Shown piece after piece: positions 59,370-64,000 of a stretch of 64,000 nucleotides of DNA. This DNA is from Diadema antillarum (lineage: Eukaryota). Every line of letters begins with the position of its first letter. Position 1 is the first letter of the stretch. Below the pieces are notes generated by a model. The model was not told the origin of the DNA and searched no databases. It saw only the letters and a program-made list of their open reading frames with translations. The stretch lies in assembly GCF_040938485.1 (NCBI RefSeq), contig NW_027271939.1, positions 62,001 to 126,000 on the forward strand. The letters are read 5' to 3'. A program made the position numbers and the translations under genes.

Positions 59370-61549
59370 TTGGTAGTTGATACTACTAACTTAGCATGCA
59401 ATGTGCCTATAATAGGCTGCAGCGCAGCATGCATTGTACACACATAATATTATGCATCATACACAATTTACGGTGAACATTATGCGCAATGTATCTTCGC
59501 GATTCGGTCAGAAAGCAAAGCAGGGATCGGGAATGTCTACTGTTTGCGCGTAAGCTTCGCGCGCGGTGCAGTAACGTAGTATTAACACGTATACTGTACA
59601 CGAGTTCTTTAGTGCGTATGATATTATGTAACTCCATAATGTATCATCATCCACACAAACATTAAAACAAGGAAGAGAGAGAGAGAGAGAAAATGAACGC
59701 AAAAGAAAGGAAAGGCGGAATTCAAAACGGAAATAAAAGCGGTAGAGACAGCTTTTGTTTCATTTGTCAACATCTAAACATTGCTGAAGAGGGGTGTTGA
59801 ATAGCTCAAACACCTCCCTTTTGCCCAAGGGAGGTGTTTGAACACCTTAAACACCCCCCTTTTGGCAAAGGGGGGGGGGGGTGTTTGAACACCCAAAACA
59901 CCCCCCCCCCCCCCCCCCCCTCGGTACGCCCTTGGTTGAGCACAATTTAGAGGAAAATTGCTACGGTCAACTCTCATTAACTGCAAAATCCATTTAGTTT
60001 ATAGGATTGTTATCAGATAATGCAACCAAAATCTAACAGCCCATGTCGAGTGAGCATAAGAAAGAGTAGTTGTGTCCTCGTTGAGTAAGCATGCACACTC
60101 TAAAGATGGAGCAAGAAATGCAAAATTGCACTCTTGATACTGAATAAGGAAGGGGTGGCATAATGGGTGAAAAAAATAACAGCACCATTGAAACATTCAC
60201 CAGAAGAAGAATGTTTCCCATATCCTGCAAAGATAACTTTTGTGACTTTTCAAAAGTCACAAAATTCTCTCATTATTTTTCACAGTTAGTTAGTCAGTAA
60301 GTGTAGAAATACCCCTGCGAAATAATTTTGCTTAAAACTTTTTGTTTGTTACAGTTATGTTAAACATTGTTGAATAAAACAATAAAGCAAGCCAAATCAA
60401 CTAAACTTTCAATTCTCTATGATATAACGACATTTTCAAATAAAAATGTATATGGTACATACACTGTGCTAATATGAAATCAAACACACAAGGGATACCA
60501 TCAATTCGGCCAAAGTTCTTATATCGAGCGTAGATAACACATTATGTTAGCATTAAAAAAGATCGCACCCTCTTTTTTAGCTTCAATTTCATCATATTTT
60601 CTTCATGTATTTCAGAGGAAGGCGTAAACATTTGTCTTTTTTCGGGGGAAGAGGGGGTAATGATCTGATCATGTGTATTCGGTGTATCTCTTTTTTTTGG
60701 GGGGGGGGGCTGGGAGGGGAAGAGTGAGCATGTCGATTAAATAATCTATTAATTTCTTTAGGTTAAATATTAGAGGAGGGGCAATCTGAAGTGGTGGCTG
60801 GCCTTAGTGCTGTTTTCTCTCTGATGATAACGTAATCGTCATTCGCAATACTGCAAAGGTCACGTTCTCATCATCCTCAACCTGTCAACCCTTAACATCA
60901 TCGATGGTTGTGGATAGTATAGGCCTATCACTCGGTAGAATTTAAGGAAACAATGAAATCCATTGTTAGCCGGACTATGATATTCCCATTTGTGTCCAAC
61001 CGCACCTTAAATGGGGGTCGCTCTTGATCCTGATCGTAAAATATATCGTATCTTATCTCAACAGCCCGCACTGGATCGCGGCATACGTATTGGAACTTAT
61101 CAGAACGTAGCTGCACCTACCAAATCGGGGATCCCGATCGTAATGATCGTGTTAGATCGGTACCAACCGTGGACTCAATCAGGGCAATCCTATCGGATCG
61201 TTTTTGTACGGGAGACTAGATCGTGACAGATCGTATGGCTTGAAATAGACCAATTGTGACCATATCGCATCCAAGCGTACCAACACGTATTTAATTTAAA
61301 ATTTGACACATTTTACCGTTATATTTGGATGATGTATATATGTATATAAAGTATTTCTTCTTCTTAATCAGTGTATTTCATTTCAGTTGTAATCATATGT
61401 ATAATCGATTTTGTTTGTGTAAAATCAGATTTTGAAAGAGAGTTATATTTGTAATAAATGTAATAAAGCCCACAATGTTTTCTTTGTTCCATGTTAAGAA
61501 AAACTATAATTATGTATCATTCTTAATTGTTTTGATGAAATGAATCATA

Positions 61550-62560
61550 TCCAGCTATCGCTAAGATATTTGAAAAGTATATCTAAAATTGAGTTACTGC
61601 ATTTTATCCAAAATTCGAGTACTGTCATCTCAGTATGGCTTTAGAAATAGACACTCCACATATTCCACAGAACCAGAATTAAATAAAATGCAATTCAAGA
61701 TCTGGAAAACAAAATCTTTACTTCATCCATCTCTATTGACCTGTCAAAAACCTTTGCTCTATCAATCATTCGATTTCATTGCATAAGCTTAACCATTCTG
61801 ATATTTGAATTTTGCCATAGAAGTTTGAAAGTTATTTACACAATCGCTAGAAATATTCTGTCATTAAATGTTTCACATCAGATTATAAAAGGTAAGATAT
61901 GAAGTGCCATAGGTTTCTATTCTTGGGCCCTTTCGTTTCTATGAAATCGATTTGGCAAATTGTTCTTAATTGCCGTTTGCTGATGACACGAATGTTTCTA
62001 TGTCCAGCAATAATTTACCATTATTATTTGATAACATGGACTACGCATTAAAGAAATTAGATTTATAAAAGCACGTACAAAACAAAATAATTTTTATTGT
62101 AGGAAAGGCTAAGCTTGTGTTATTTGGAACTCATTAGTGTAATGACAATGTTGTTATGAATCATAAAACTGATATCATTAAACGTGTAACAAGTAAAAAG
62201 TCATGCTTCATGACAAAATGTCTTAAAATAGTTACATTCATCTGTTGTGCAATTTACTGTCAGAAAACACTGGTATAGTTCGAAACGCAATTCTTATCTC
62301 ATCATGTGTTGAAAATATATCGTGGTGTTTTTTTTTTAATCCATCCAATTTGGGTATTGTTGAGTTACAGTTTGTTATTCTGAGACTCATTAATAGAAAT
62401 TCGATTCTTTTTTTTTAATCGTACACATCATGTCACGTTCTCGGATATATGTACCATATTTCAAGAATCCTAGTCCAGTTCTGGGAACAGTTTTGGAAAA
62501 CAAAAGTACAAAGGGTATTGTAACGTTTTTATATATCACATGGCACACTAACACTGAAAA
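61550..62560 (+). mobile_element. Heavily decayed CR1/L2-type reverse transcriptase
   Basis: Fragments QYGFRNRHST, IDLSKTF, SILGP and FADDTN lie in shifting frames. Confidence 0.6.
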
Positions 62561-62638
62561 CAGCAATTTCTATTCCTGTTAGTATCCCGTAATCTTTATT
62601 TTTATGATTTATCCGATTTAGGTTTCGGCGTTTACAAG

Positions 62639-62725
62639 ATGACCGACGTGCTACAGTCCCGTTCAGATGTCTGGGAAGGTATAGCGTCTATTCTAACTCG
62701 GAGTGCAAACTTTCTGGCACGCCTG
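62639..62725 (+). CDS. First coding exon of a probable PH-domain protein (MTDVLQSRSDVWEGIASILTRSANFLARL)
   Basis: Acceptor AG at 62620-62621, ATG at 62639 and phase-0 donor CTG|GTGAGT at 62726, compatible with the next exon. Confidence 0.55.
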
Positions 62726-63490
62726 GTGAGTTATCCTCCAATGCAGTTGCTACTACCAGGTTAAAATGTCACGTTTTGATTGCGACTTAAAGTCATATAC
62801 CTTTTGTATTACCATTCATTCACATGTAGCACATGTTTACCGTCTCCTTAAAGGGAAGGTATAGTTGTGATTGAGATCGGGATTCAGGTTTTAACTTGTT
62901 TTACGCTTTTGTAAAGACAGATATATCCAAAAAGTAGAATTGTTCCAAGCAGTAATGCTTAGTAATGCTTGTCCTCTGTTGATTTGCTTGACAACGGTCT
63001 CCTCCAACTGTATACTTAAAGATTTGTAGTCATGAAATATAATATGTATCATTCACATGATTATTTACTGATAACTCCTGTTTGTACATCCATGACTTGC
63101 GAATATATTTGATAATTCCACACTTATTTTCTTTAAGCACGTGGAGTAATAAAAGTTACTTAAACTGAAACTGAAAAACAAAAGAGGTCCTGATATAAGG
63201 TGTTACCCAGATTTTATCAGAACCACTTTGTTTTTACTTTGTTTGTTTGTTTGTTTATTTGTTTTTGATATCTCAGCCATTTCAAAACTGTTTTTTTAAA
63301 GAAATAAAAATTTCAGCTCTCTTAAAACTGTATGCTCTTTAATATTTTGTATAAGTGGATTCTAATCATCTCGCAAAAAGTTAAAAACCTGAATCCACAT
63401 CTCAACCAAAATTTTACTATCCTCTTGATAATATTTTTCTTGTGTGTCAGAATTTCTTCAAATTGTTGTTTTATTTCTTTTGTACTCCAG

Positions 63491-63741
63491 GAATTGAGAA
63501 GACCAGGATGGCAACTGCAGATGTACTTCCTCAAAGTAATATTTAATACGGACCTTTGTCTCCAATTGTACAAACGCAACGAGGTAGGAAGACGTCCAGA
63601 AAAAACGTACAAGATACGCAATTACACAACGAGGTTCGGTCTGCCGGAGTACGCCCGACATCTCATGAGGGAACGTGGCAGGGTGGTCACCATTCAGACT
63701 TCCGATCCTTTGTTTGAAGTTGTATACATTGTCTTCGAAAA
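63491..63741 (+). CDS. Second coding exon of the probable PH-domain protein; gene continues past the window
   Basis: Polypyrimidine acceptor tgtactccag (63490), open phase-0 frame ELRRPGWQLQMYFLKV...LQLYK...PEKTYKI...VVTIQT...VVYIVFE, donor AA|GTGAGC at 63742. Confidence 0.6.
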
Positions 63742-64000
63742 GTGAGCATGTAAAATTTGGCGTTTAATACATTCACTTGTTGATATCATCTTAAATGCAT
63801 TCGTCACGGCAAAGTAAGCCTACGTGGTTTAATATCAAATCGTTACTTATCAAAGGCGGCTTTGAACAAAGGCCGGCAAATATATACGTGTATAGAGTTA
63901 AGATAAATGAATAAACGGCAACGTTTTTTTAGGTGCGTTCATGCAGCGTTTTCACTCTTGATGTTGACTTTATTTTTTTTTCTTCACGAAACCCTGATAT

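Larger units (their letters stand above)
56001..59934. mobile_element. Composite hAT-type non-autonomous element
   Basis: Imperfect TIRs CATAGGCGTACC / GGTACGCCCTTG with an 8-bp TSD GTTGAGCA (55993-56000, 59935-59942). Confidence 0.7.
54941..61290 (-). mobile_element. Second, inverted copy of the Harbinger-like element, split by ~5 kb of insertions and lacking its other end
   Basis: 54941-55214 is the reverse complement of 30727-30455 (starts TTA|AGCGGGTTCCC). ~60120-61290 is the reverse complement of ~30390-29145. Confidence 0.7.

Overview
Sea-urchin (echinoid) genomic DNA with one 130-N gap. The centre (7.8-49.1 kb) is a tandem cluster of six Transformer (Trf, 185/333) innate-immune genes, labelled A-F here. 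Each has a 55-nt leader exon and one ~980-nt exon encoding a Gly/Arg-rich then His-rich protein. A is on the minus strand, head-to-head with B; B-F are on plus. A-E have intact ORFs (343-345 aa). F looks dead: it has an in-frame TGA, a mutated TATA box and a 6.65-kb L1-clade LINE in its intron. Exon-2 cores are near-identical across copies while several introns and flanks are unalignable, which points to exon-restricted gene conversion. Spacers are segmental duplicates built from (GT)n, (GA)n and triplet microsatellites plus a recurring CpG-rich double-CCAAT module. The left flank holds the last exon of a sulfotransferase-fold gene, SINEs and palindromic MITEs. The right flank holds nested hAT/Harbinger elements, a 168-bp minisatellite, a decayed RT and two spliceable exons of a probable PH-domain gene that runs off the window. 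All assignments come from reading the sequence; no searches were run.
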